A stretch of DNA of 64,000 nucleotides from Ylistrum balloti. Taxonomy: Eukaryota. Below the pieces are notes generated by a model. The model was not told where the DNA came from and searched no databases. It saw nothing but the letters and a program-made list of their open reading frames with translations. Shown piece by piece: positions 26,772 to 39,500 of the stretch. The stretch is from contig NW_026782834.1 in the NCBI RefSeq assembly GCF_031769215.1, positions 248,001 through 312,000 of the forward strand, written 5' to 3'. The position numbers were made by a program, and so were the translations under genes. Within the stretch, counting starts at the first letter, position 1. Each line of letters starts with the position of its first letter.

Positions 26772-26994
26772 TAACAAGTGAGGGATTTCAAGTATAAAAG
26801 TATTTTTAATTACTCTTGTGAGTAGCATTAAGTGAGGGATTTCAAGTATAAAAGTATTTTCAATTACTCTTATGAGTAGCATTAAGTGAGGGATTTCAAG
26901 TATAAAAGTATTTTTAATTACTCTTGTGAGTAGCATTAAGTGAGGGATTTCAAGTATAAAAGTATTTTTAATTACTCTTGTGAGTAGCATTAAC
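26772..26994. repeat. 54-bp tandem repeat, 4 copies
   Basis: AAGTGAGGGATTTCAAGTATAAAAGTATTTTTAATTACTCTTGTGAGTAGCATT repeats, giving the spurious 18-aa-periodic ORF 26703-26990. Confidence 0.95.
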
Positions 26995-29152
26995 AGCTAA
27001 ATCATATATCCATATTTTTCCAAATTCTATAAACAACTCAAAAGCTTTCTGAAAAAAACTGCATCAGTTCTTTTGATAGTGTTACAGGACAGTCTATCAC
27101 TTCTCATTAAGTCTCATCTGGTAAGCATTCCTTTATAAATGTGACATGTTTCTAATACACAGGTACCACTTATTCCTTCAATACAGAAATATTAAATAAA
27201 CTGAAAACTCAATCAGGAAAATACAAGTTTTATTTGTTAGACTTGTAGTAAGGAAAGCCTATAAGTGGGTATATGGCTAAAAAAACACTGTGGAGGTACA
27301 AACTTATGAAACCACAAGCACTGAATTTAGCAAGAATATCAAGGCTATGGATGGTATAGGGTAGTAATAACTCCAGGCAGTACTGTGGGTCACTTATTTT
27401 TTCATCAAATGGCATGTATTGTAAAAACTCGGGTGCCTAAACTCCTTATCAAATTAAATATGAAAGCTAATCTATGAGAAAACACTTACACTCCTGATTC
27501 TTTCCAAGAACACTTGGGACTAATTATAACCTTTTTATACACTTGGGTCCCTCAACTTCAGACCAAAGTAATCACATTCATCAGAATCATTTAGGAATAA
27601 TTAATTCTTATTTACAAAGACTTCAATAACAATATTAAATATCAAAGGGCCAATTTATCAGTGTATGTGTTCACTAACTTTATTAGTGTGACGGGATCAT
27701 TAGAAAGCCATTCCTTGCTTGATTTGACATCAGTAATATAGAAATTCTTGCCCTATGACATCATATATATATATGTGATGCAGATTATAAAAATAGTGCT
27801 GGTGTAACTCAGACACCTAAGTGTCTGAATAATATCCTTGATGGCACTGTTACTCAACCTGTCACAGTAAGGAAACCATTCAAAATTCTATCACAATTTC
27901 AGTATACATTACTACATGGAGACACTTCTAACAATGCGTAAAAATTATTTCTCATATTTTTCATCCTTTTGATTACACAAGACCATCACGAGGAAGAAGA
28001 ATTGATTTCATGGTGGGCATGTCATTAGCACAGACATGATGAATTATATGCGTTTATCAAGTAAATGTGTTCCTTTTTATAATCTTTTTTACTGCAGCAA
28101 CTTTCATTCCATTTACAATGAAAGCTTACAAGGTATCGCAATTACACGTAAACAGTGAAAAAAAAACATGAATGATAATGAGCTTCTAGTTAATAGAAAT
28201 AGGCAACTAAACAATTTAGCAGGAAAATACCTTCATCTTTCTTTTCTGCACACAATACCTTTAAATAAAGCACACTGATATTATCAAAAGTCAATAAATT
28301 TCCAATTTTATGGCAGTGAAGTTGAGATTTCTCATGAAACAGATACTTTTTTTTTAATGCTGTTTTAAGTTACAGTTACAGTTTTGTTCTTTTGAACTAA
28401 TGACAAACCTCAGCAACAACTTACATCCATCTCTAAAATGATACACAATGATCAATCTCTAAATCTTTATGTTGAAAGACGACAGGTAATTCTAGTGCAC
28501 ATAACTAAGTTTCTGCGCAATGGACGGTTGAAATATCTTGGCAAGTACAGGGGACCCTGATTCTTGCGAAGGTCCAAAGGTAAGACAACCTACCAGTCTT
28601 TATACCTGTGTACACTTCAGAATATCAGAATAGCATTCGTTTTGGGCAAGTATGACGAATTAATTGAAAAGCTTTTCACCATTCTGAAATATGTACAAGA
28701 TAAATAAGACTGCTTTAAACAGTTTTAAGAAGGATGTTCAATGGCTGATTTTCAGACAGAATTAAATCAACTAAGTGTCAGAAATGAACTAGACTTATTG
28801 AGATTAAGTTTTGAAAAGTCATAAACAAGAGTGACATCTTCAGCATGACTTGACCACCTACCTATGATATATAATTAAAATAAAGAAATGTGAAGTGATT
28901 TCCTTTGACTTGATAATTGTCTAGTAACAATACATGTATTAATAAAACTCCCAATGAGTAATGGATTTATCTACACCATTGATATATTTTTTCATTAAAC
29001 GGTTTTTTTCTAACTCTCTTATTCTTAGGACTCCAATTCCAAACAGTTGCCATTGGGATGTTGTAAAAAGTAATAAAAAATATGAAGAAAATTGCTTACA
29101 ACATCTGACAATGTAATAACACCATGTAAATTGGTTTCCATTAAACAAAAGA

Positions 29153-29306
29153 TGTAAATCACTTATTTTTTCACGAGCGATTATATTTCAAATTTATTTG
29201 CAAGCAGCATCATTTGCGAATTCAAATCTCTCATGTATTTGCAGATAAAACAGCAACTTAACTTTAGCGAAATTCAATACTCACTAAAATAAAGTGATTT
29301 ACAGTA
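29153..29306. mobile_element. MITE (about 154 bp) with imperfect TIRs
   Basis: The left end TGTAAATCACTTATTTTTTCACGAG compares with the reverse complement of the right end, (TAC)TGTAAATCACTTTATTTTAGTGAG. This is a TACTGTAAA-type terminus. Confidence 0.65.
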
Positions 29307-30763
29307 TCTAATAGAAACACCTCTTGTCCTTTATTTCAGCAAATAACCTTCTCAATTTTTATTGTTATGTTATCATTATGGTAAAGGAAAACATACATTT
29401 GACATTTTTTTAAAATTTGAATCGGCTTAACTATGTATATATGTAAACTTGATGGCTGAGAACTACACATATACTATTTTTCAAGCTATCATCGATCAAA
29501 TTACCAGGCATTGAAAAAAAAATAAGAGAAGACAAATTTACCTGAAAGCAATTAATGGAACATGCATATACCTGCATTGACATTTTTCACACATGATCTA
29601 ATCAATTTCAATACATGTACAAATACTTAGATTTTTTTCTGTTATAGAGAGCAGACTGGTTTAGACTAAGAGAAAATATATTCACATGATCATTTAAGAT
29701 ATTAAGGACTTCTATTTTCTATAAAAATTATGTGTATTTAATTCAATCTAGTCCCCCACCACCAGTAGTCAGTGTTTCTATAACAGTCACCAGCTGTGAG
29801 ACAGATTTTCTCTGCCTTTGTTGACAAGTCAAGAAAAAAAATCACCATGAGAAAAAAACTTGACAAAACCCCCGGGTTGACTGTTGGCTACAAGCAATGA
29901 GTCACCTCAGCACTGAAGCTATCTTTAGGCCTGATGCATGTGTCTTTTGAGTTCAATCAAATACACTAATTCACACACTATCATTAATGTATAACTCACT
30001 CATAGACCAAACCTTAGTTTCAAAGGCTGATCTTTTTATTTCACTTCTTTTCCTCAATGTGTAAATTATTGTACTTGGGAAAGTTGAAACTGATATTTGT
30101 AAGGTAGAAAGAATGCAGTAAAAATAACACTGAAATTCTAAAACATGTCATGTGATCGTAAGAAAGACAGCTGTGTAAATTAACCCTAACATTATTATAT
30201 AACTTTGTAAGTGGAATTATTTTCAAAACACAGCTTTATCACACCCAGAACATATTCATATTACAATCATTGTCTCATTTCATAAAAAAAATTTTACAAT
30301 TTTATACACCTGGGATATCTGAGATTGCGAATCTCCAGTAGAAAAGTTTTGCTAATTTGAAAGGCGGTCAACAGGGCACCACTCTCTCCCTCCCTCACTT
30401 TAGCAAGGATGTCATCCAAAGAATATGTAGATGTCCAGTGTGTGAGGTCATATCCTGAAAAGTTGGAGGCTAACTTCAGCACTCCTTTACTAGGCAGATG
30501 TTACAAATATTTTATTGGCTACAACAATCCACTGACTGTTCATATATACATGATTCACAGTAGGTCCCATTTTATCTATCTAGACAACAGGTTAATAATG
30601 TACAAGAATCAAGGTATTTGTCACTCCATCCCTCTACAACTAAAGTTTGCCTTGACTAAGGCTGTTTATCTGTTCTCCAAACTTACTTGTGAATTTGGTG
30701 CACACAATCAGTACTATTGAAGCTTACTGTGGATTTTTCATCTTTATTTTTCTTTTTCTATTT

Positions 30764-30787
30764 CGTGCGTGCGTGCGTGCGTGCGTG
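30764..30787. repeat. (CGTG)6 microsatellite
   Basis: Six perfect copies, conspicuous in this CpG-poor background. Confidence 0.9.
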
Positions 30788-33700
30788 ACGTTGTTATGAG
30801 GCCACTTTTTTGTACATTTTGACCAGAACACCATGTTACCATATCAGTCAAATACACAATCTCAATAACAAGAAATATGTATAGGAATATTTCACATATA
30901 ATACAATGTTATTAAAACCAAGGTTTATTTGGGAAATTGACCTTTTATCTCATTTTGGGAAGAAAAAGGTCAATCTGACACAATGAAGTAATTGTTTGAA
31001 TTTAAGATACAATGATGACAATCTTATTTACTGCACTTATAAATACTTTCTTTTTAAGAATGTTTTAATATACTTTGTTTTGTAAAAAAAATCACTAAAA
31101 TGAGATGAAAAAAAAAATCAGCAGATTCTAATTAGAAAAAAAAATTCATGAAAGGATTGACAATAATTACTAAAGCATGAATGACATTGTGAACAGAGTC
31201 CATTTACAATATTTGATTTCATACATGATTGACAATTCTCAAATTAAAATGCATCGAATATGGCCAAGATTTCTCATTGGAACTTTTAATTATTTCAAGA
31301 CAGTAAATTTTTGAGATAATCATGTTCCATTGTCTGAAGACTAATTAGGTTAATTTCTAATTCAAATTGCAGTTTAATGAATTGGCAGTTTTCTAAAGGG
31401 AAAAGGAATAGGGCTAAATATATTGTGTACAATACCAACACAGGCAGACAGATAAAATATGATACCTAAGCTATTAGGTATTAAAAGTTTAATATCTCAG
31501 CACGTAAAGTCGTCACAGAGGTTTGGTCACTGACTGTCAAACAATTAACGTCGAAATCTCAAATGCCACATCATTAAAATTCCTCAGAAGTAAAGAAGAG
31601 ATTGCAGCTATATGGATACTGTCTGTCAATGTTAGTCATGTATTTCATTCACAAAACAATCACCTTCCAATTCCTTCTATTTTATTTGATTAAGATTGCC
31701 CCTACCCCTATCCCTGAGGGTTTCTTCCTCCCTAGAGAAGTCAGGGACTTTGAGAAGCCTCCACCACCAATTAATCACAATGGAACAGTCAAAATAAATG
31801 GAAAAGGGAAAGTCAATTAGCCACGAAGGGTAAATATGGCAAGTTTAGAAAGATTATCCCCAGTGACTGTGACATAGTTAAAATGTGGATTATCAAGAAT
31901 AAAGAAGATGATGAGTAGTTACTAACCCAGGGGCTGCCGTCATTCCTGCTTAGTGACTCACATCTACCAATATCAATGTTTCATGCTAGTTAAGGAACAG
32001 TTTTTTCTTTGTTCCTACACCTCTTCATTTGGCTCTAGTCCTAAACATATATCTCTTATGATAGCATTGTCTCCAATTCCAGAAAAGGTTTTAGTTCACT
32101 TCACATCATACAAAATACTTGATTTGATGCAATTTAAAGTATGTAATATCGTCTTAACTCATATCCTATTAATTTATCTTACATTGCAGTATCATCTTAA
32201 TCTATGTCCTAAATTGTGTAAGATCAACTATATTCTTATGCATCATACCAAATATATATAATGTCGCATTTACTGACAATTTCCTTTATACCCAATATAA
32301 AAAGTCACCCAATTATGTAAATGCCTTCTTAAAACTGTCTAACTGTAAGTACAATTCATTTCAGCTTAAAACAATGTCATATTAATCACAACTATTTGTT
32401 TCTTTATCCATGAGTGAAGAAAAATCTTCCCCTATAATAGATCATTTTCAAGCATTGTCTAATGTATCTATATAAGTTTAGGGTCATACACAAAGTCAAA
32501 TCAATTCTACTACATTTGCAGCAGACTTTGAGAGCCACATAGGGACAGAGAAAAGAGAGGCAATCAGTACGAAATGATTTATAAACTGAATTTTTACACA
32601 GAATGTTACGCTCTCAAATGTATCCTGGCCATTTTCAATATTTTACTTTGATAATTCAATGCTGAGAAGTCCTGATATACAAAATGCAGAGATATTATAA
32701 ATTCGAATATTTACTTTCAAATAAGTCACCATTTTCATTAACTTTAAATCAATATTAAAAGCATTTTTCATTCTTTATTTTGGATTTTGATTAGAACTAA
32801 ACTGTTAAGATGGTTTATTTCTAATTTTCCTTTCATTACATGGAAACTTATTAACATTTGGTTCATTGCCTACAACACTGATCCTCTAAGGAACAATATA
32901 CAATTATTGGAAGATTTGATTCATGAGTTAATAGGACAAAAGTCTTGGCAATATAATAATTCATAAAGCATGGATCATACAGCTTCCTTGAGATGAGTCA
33001 CAAGAAGCATATGGAAACTGTGAAGTCATAACCTTCTAAATTAGCATAATTTCTTCAACAGCAGGCATGATTTGACCAATTGGCCAATGCTAGTGGACCA
33101 ATGAAGGTGACCATTGAATGATTAATGCCTTGGCAGGTTATAGCTGTTTTTAATCTTACAGAATTCCAATTGGCACTCAATATCACCAAAGACAAGAATA
33201 GAAGTCGTTAATTCGAGGACATGGGAGACAATGCCGATGATTAACAAAGACGACACCAAACATGGACAGGTACTCTTAATGTCTTTGTTAGAAAATGCTG
33301 CACTGTTCATTTCTTCTTAATTACACTGGCTAACCTACTTCATATGATGGAGTTTGATTTACAGGGTGACAAAACCAACTACCTTTTACAAAGAATTATT
33401 ATACCTGTAAGTACTTCAGCATCTCCAAATTCCTTTTCCTTAAGTGGAGTTTTTTGTACTTAACTCTTGAGGAACTATTCTTTATGTATGATACCTAGCC
33501 GTGTAATAGATGTAATAAATAAAATTAGCGCCTACATAATACACAATTATCTTCATACAATACTAAAAGGAAGACAACTTGGAAAAAAATATATCAACAC
33601 CTCTTATTTCATAAAACCAACACCTATGTACTGTAAATCTTCATTCCCAAAAGGGAGGTCTCTAAAAACATCAAAGTCCTTGAATGATACAAAACATCAT

Positions 33701-35029
33701 AAAGGAGAAAAACGACCCAAGTGATGCACTCCATACTCTTCATGTTTACTTTGTTTTATTTCAAAAGATACTGCTGACATAGAATCTGATTATCTAATAT
33801 GCTGCAAGTGCCATATTTCTGTAGGGCATCATTGCTAGGTCTTTGTTACCATCTGATAAAAAAATGACTCTGCAAAACATCAAAGGGAACACAGATCAAA
33901 ATAAAATTCTGTTAATATGTTATTTTATGAAATTCTCATAAAAGTACATAAATATTGCATACATATTTCTAAATTTATGTCTTTCTTTTTTATCAACATC
34001 ATTTCATAAATGGAATATGTCTTTGAAGATGTATCTTTTATGAATAATTCTTTCACCATGTTGCAATGAACTGAAAAATGTCTTGAACAATAACCAACAC
34101 CAAGACATACCACACAACACACTTACATGAAATTTGACCATTTTATGAATGTTCAACTAAATAATTTCAGCATCAGTATGAAATTTAATCATCATTCATT
34201 CACAGACAGTTTCAAAACTTCCAGCTGCAAAATTTTCATCAGCATTAAGAAATCTGTTCATGACAAACAATGACAATAATTAAATAATACCTTTTTGAAG
34301 CATCATTTTCAAAATTCTTCAGAATGAAATACTACAATAAACACTATTTCTAACATTGCAGTATTAACAGTAATGACCTTTTGCCATTTAAGTTAGTTTG
34401 TCTGAAAAGTTACTTTTAGCAATACTATCAGGTGACCTTCCATATTCATTAAACTGCAATATATCCTACTTGTGTGTTAATTTAGATTTCCAAAGTTTAC
34501 GGAAGGTATGACTCACTATCCCATTTGGTGTTTGTTATACTACAGTGCAGGTGTAAAATCCACATTTTCACTTTGGAAATACCAAACATGCTCTGCAAGC
34601 TAATAACAAAGCGAACACTTATGACAAGCTTTTAATCAAAATGCAACCTATCACAGGTCAAGTTAAAGCATTCTTGTACCTAGTATGAAGTACATATACA
34701 TATATTTGGTCTAGTGAGTCATCACAGTCTGCAGGCAGGTGAAAATAAAAGTGATTTTTTCATTCAGTCTGCCCAAACATAAAAAGTAAAGCAGAGTCGA
34801 TGACCTGAGAGGCTATTAACACAGGGAACAGTAGGTCTTGGTCCAAAAGGCCAGCACCTCGTATGACTCACACCTATTAATGCTACATTGCTCTGGGAGG
34901 GTGGGGGTCGATTAATAGAATGACAGGACCATTGTTGTCATGTGCAGCAAATCTAACCTGATTGGACCTGTTTTTCAACTCTGATCTCTGACCTTACTCA
35001 GTATCACTCAAGAATCTCAAGTGATTATT

Positions 35030-36560
35030 TGAGGTGATCTGGTAGAGGGAGACACTGCTATTAAACCTGGTGATGGTAGTGGCACCTCAGGTGATTTGGT
35101 AGAGGGCACCACTGGACCTATTAAAGCTGGTGATGAAAGAGGCATCTAAGGTGATTTGGTAGAGGACAGCACCTGACATTTGGCCTGGTGAATGTGGGGT
35201 ATCTAAGGTGATGAGATAGAGGGCAACAAAGGACATTACGCCTAGAGAAAGTGGGGGCTTCTAAGGTGATCAGATAGGGGCAACAATGGACATTACGCCT
35301 AGAGATAGTGGGGGCTTCTAAGGTGATCAGATAGGGGCAACAATGGACATTACGCCTAGAGATAGTGGGGGCTTCTCAGGTGATCAGATAGGGGCAACAA
35401 TGGACATTACGCCTAGAGATAGTGGGGGCTTCTAAGGTGATCAGATAGGGGCAACAATGGACATTACGCCTAGAGATAGAAAGGGCTTCTAAGGTGATCA
35501 GATAGGGGCAACAATGGACATTACGCCTAGAGATAGTGGGGGCTTCTAAGGTGATCAGATAGGGGCAACAATGGACATTACGCCTAGAGATAGAAAGGGC
35601 TTCTAAGGTGATCAGATAGGGGCAACAATGGACATTACGCCTAGAGATAGTGGGGGCTTCTAAGGTGATCAGATAGGGGCAACAATGGACATTACGCCTA
35701 GAGATAGTGGGGGCTTCTAAGGTGATCAGATAGGGGCAACAATGGACATTACGCCTAGAGATAGAAAGGGCTTCTAAGGTGATCAGATAGGGGCAACAAT
35801 GGACATTACGCCTAGAGATAGAAAGGGCTTCTAAGGTGATCAGATAGGGGCAACAATGGACATTACGCCTAGAGATAGTGGGGGCTTCTAAGGTGATCAG
35901 ATAGGGGCAACAATGGACATTACGCCTAGAGATAGTGGGGGCTTCTATGGAGATCAGATAGGGGCAACAATGGACATTACACCTAGAGATAGTGGGGGCT
36001 TCTAAGGTGATCAGATAGGGGCAGCAATGGACATTATGCCTAGAGATAGTGGGGGCTTCTAAGGTGATCAGATAGGGGCAACAATGGACATTACGCCTAG
36101 AGATAGTGGGTGCTTCTAAGGTGATCAGATAGGGGCAGCAATGGACATTACGCCTAGAGATAGTGGGGGCTTCTAAGGTGATCAGATAGGGGCAACAATG
36201 GACATTACGCCTAGAGATAGTGAGGATATCTATGGTGATTTGATAGAGGGCAGCAATCAAGATAAGGCCTGGAAATTGTGAGTACTTAGGTGATTTGATA
36301 GAGGGCAACAATGGACATAAAGCCTATTGAAAGTGGGGGTATCCAAGATAATCTGATAGAGGGCAGCACTTGATATAAGGCCTGGTAAAGGTGGGGTACT
36401 AAGGTGATTTGAGGGCAACAATGGACATAAGGCCTACTGATAGAGGGCAACACTTGATATAAGGCCTGGTAAAGGTGGGGTACTAAGGTGATTTGAGGGC
36501 AACAATGGACATAAGGCCTACTGATAGAGGATAGTACTTGATATAAGGCCTGGTGATGGG
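35030..36560. repeat. 57-bp minisatellite (AGATAGTGGGGGCTTCTAAGGTGATCAGATAGGGGCAACAATGGACATTACGCCTAG), about 17 near-perfect copies with degenerate flanks
   Basis: The core runs about 35230-36230, with variants TAGTGGGGGC and TAGAAAGGGC. The right flank contains a duplication of about 84 bp (36367/36451). Confidence 0.96.
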
Positions 36561-39500
36561 TGAGGATATCTCTAAGGTTAATTTAGAATTGGAAAGGCAG
36601 ACTAGAAGATAATGAGACCTTGGAATAGCAGGATATCTGAACAGTGAACTGGAACTGAGCACATACAGACCAAATAGCAGCTGGTTAGGGACAGCACCGG
36701 ACACTAAGACCTGTTTACATAAAGGGCAGCTCCTTTGCTGGCTCTGGTCATATTGTCAATGTTTTAACATTGTATGATTTATTGATATAAAAGTATCAAA
36801 GTTTTTCTCCACTTATTCCAACTTTTTCATCCAGTGAGATACATTAGATATTTTAGGGGATTTCACCAAATTGAAAGGAAATTTCCCACCACTTAAACAA
36901 TCTCCTATTTTAATATGTCAAACCTTTTCCAATGACTTTTAAGTTTAAACTTTTCACAGAAGCAAATTAGAAATGAAGAGAAATTCAATAGAAAAGCAAT
37001 TGTATTGATAAAAGTTTAATTTCAAGCACTTTTACAATTTAATTTACCAGCTAAACATTTCAATTTGAGGAAAGCTTTAGACAGAGGCCTAACATCAATC
37101 AGTTAACTGTTAGTCAGCTCTAATTCTCAACATTTCCTCACCAGAATAATGGCATACTTTCACAAATTTCAAATCAATTGAAAAACAATTTGTATAGCAG
37201 GCAACTACTGATGAGTCAAACTCATCTAATTAATTATGCATAATTAGCACAGAGTTACAAAGCATGTCATTGGATGTTTTTCATTGGAACGTGAAGTACA
37301 AAGGGCTATCTAATTTGCATTGTTTCATTGCATTATAAAACACGACACCACTTAAAGCTACAGCCTGACACGACAAGTATGACCAATAAGTGATGGACTG
37401 ATAATTTTTTTTTTTTGCCCATGAATGTGAAAAACACACACAAAAAATTAAAGATAGCTAAAACAAATATTATTAATTTACATAGCCATGACAACAATGG
37501 TGTCTGACAGCTGATACTAGCGCACTTTACAACATGTCAGCTGTTATATAACAGTACACAATGCCTTCTGAAATAGGCTCACAAAATGTAACATTGTAAT
37601 TATTATTGCTCACCACTATAAGTCAATGAAAATTACACATTACATTAATATCCCATGTTTCAATTACTTGTAGCATTTCAATATAAACCTTAATATCATT
37701 CCAAATTTTAAATAACATAACTAATAAACAAAAATGGGATCCAAAAAAAGTAGAGATAACTACCATAAATATGTCTCCATAATTATTGAACTTATACTTC
37801 ATGAATGATTTTTGTTTTGTTATTTTAAACTGATCAAGAAATAAATCACAATATTTTTTCATTCTAATCCACCTCAAAAGGTATAATAAAGAAATTTCTA
37901 ATTACTAATTATTATTAATCATAGTTCCTTTTCTTACAATTACTTATATCCCCATGTATAGCATTGCTAGCAACATCAGCACCTTATCCAGGTATGTAAC
38001 AATGTGTTACTTGACCAGGTCAAAGGTCACTTAGCCCATGAGTCAGGCCTTACCATCTGGTCATGTTTACACCTTCAGCCTGTTTCAACTTTGATCCATG
38101 TTGTAACTTAGCTAAAGTTCCATTAGATCCAGAGGTTTTAATCTTTCGATTTCATCTCATCAATAAAACAGAAAATTTATGGGGAAATACAACATGAAGG
38201 TCATCTTGTAAGATTGGTTTAGGTTTTACCTGCATCTTTGATGACGTTCTAATCCTGTTCTATTCACTGTGAAACATGTCCTTATCTCCAGGCTATTCTG
38301 TTTTGTTAGTTTTATACTATAATAGCCTTCTGATAACTTCAGAACATAAAATTTGCAATAAAAACAACACAATGCAAACGCATACATTCTATTCTGATTA
38401 TCACTTTGTAATTATTTGTGGTTATCTCCCCTGTGTCTTAACCACAATATCAATTCATGCTGATAAATATCGCATTACATTGATACTGCACAAGAAGATA
38501 AGGAAAACGCAGTAACATTCATGGAGAACAATCAATTCACATTTTTAATGCTTTATGTCAGAAAAGAGTCCTAAAAGGGAAATAACTCTAAAAAAATATG
38601 TTAAAGTATCCATTTCTTAAATTAGAAACATCTTCAAATATCAGAGCATAGCAATCATTCATCAAAAGAGATTAATTTCAGAAAACTGTAAAACTATTCC
38701 TCCTTGAGGAACATGAGCAGGGAGAGGTTGCTTCTAAATAATCTCTCAACTTCTACAATGGGTCAAGTGTAATCTTTGACCCTTTGACCTTGACTTGATA
38801 ACCACTAAAAACAAACAAACATTAATTAATGTTTGTTCTATTAGTGAGGTATAAAACTTGACATAATACAAAGTTGAACACTTAAAAACAAAACTGTGAG
38901 CTACTGGTGCAAACTACTGTACACTATTCAATTACTGATGCTTTTTACATGAATGTTGACCACTAACATAAAATCAGAATTATTCACTGAAGATACAGAA
39001 ACATAGCTATATTACCAGTGGTAGGTGTATATACCCACTCCTATCTTTTAAATGTAAGCCAACAAAACCACCACCTTCCAGCACACAAATGACATCAGTG
39101 ATTACATAAGCATTAGTCTTGTTTACCAATGACATTTTGGTTAATGTGTATCTGTTCAGTGAGCTGACAGAAGATGCTGGCATCTTGTGACTGTTCCATG
39201 CCAAGTCAGGTGTGATCTGGTTGAGCATGATTGCACAAAATCTTGGCGTCTATTGACATGATCCCAAACAAAGGGTGTCACTCCAGCAGTAGCATCCAGC
39301 AAGTACTTCTTTTATCATTAAAGTGCATTCTGACATTCCTTTTAAAAGTCAGACTCAATTCAAATTTGTGCATATATACTCTGATTAGGTAAATCTATTT
39401 CCTAAAAAACCTGATATTAATTCAATGCAAATCTTCAGTGATTTTCCAGACTGAGATATTTGAGTCATGCTTTTTCTGTGGAACTCAATCAAATTTTTAG

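Noticed and set aside
26703-26990. 95-aa ORF with an 18-aa repeat
   Set aside because: It is a simple translation of a 54-bp tandem repeat.
30294-30482. Minus-strand ORF with a plausible acceptor (GYDLTHWTSTYSLDDILAKV...)
   Set aside because: Its phase does not fit between exons 1 and 2, it has no recognisable homology, and the donor is weak.
31602-31860. Protein-like plus-strand stretch (APTPIPEGFFLPREVRDFEKPPPP)
   Set aside because: It hits a stop before the nearest donor, and there is no homology or partner exon.
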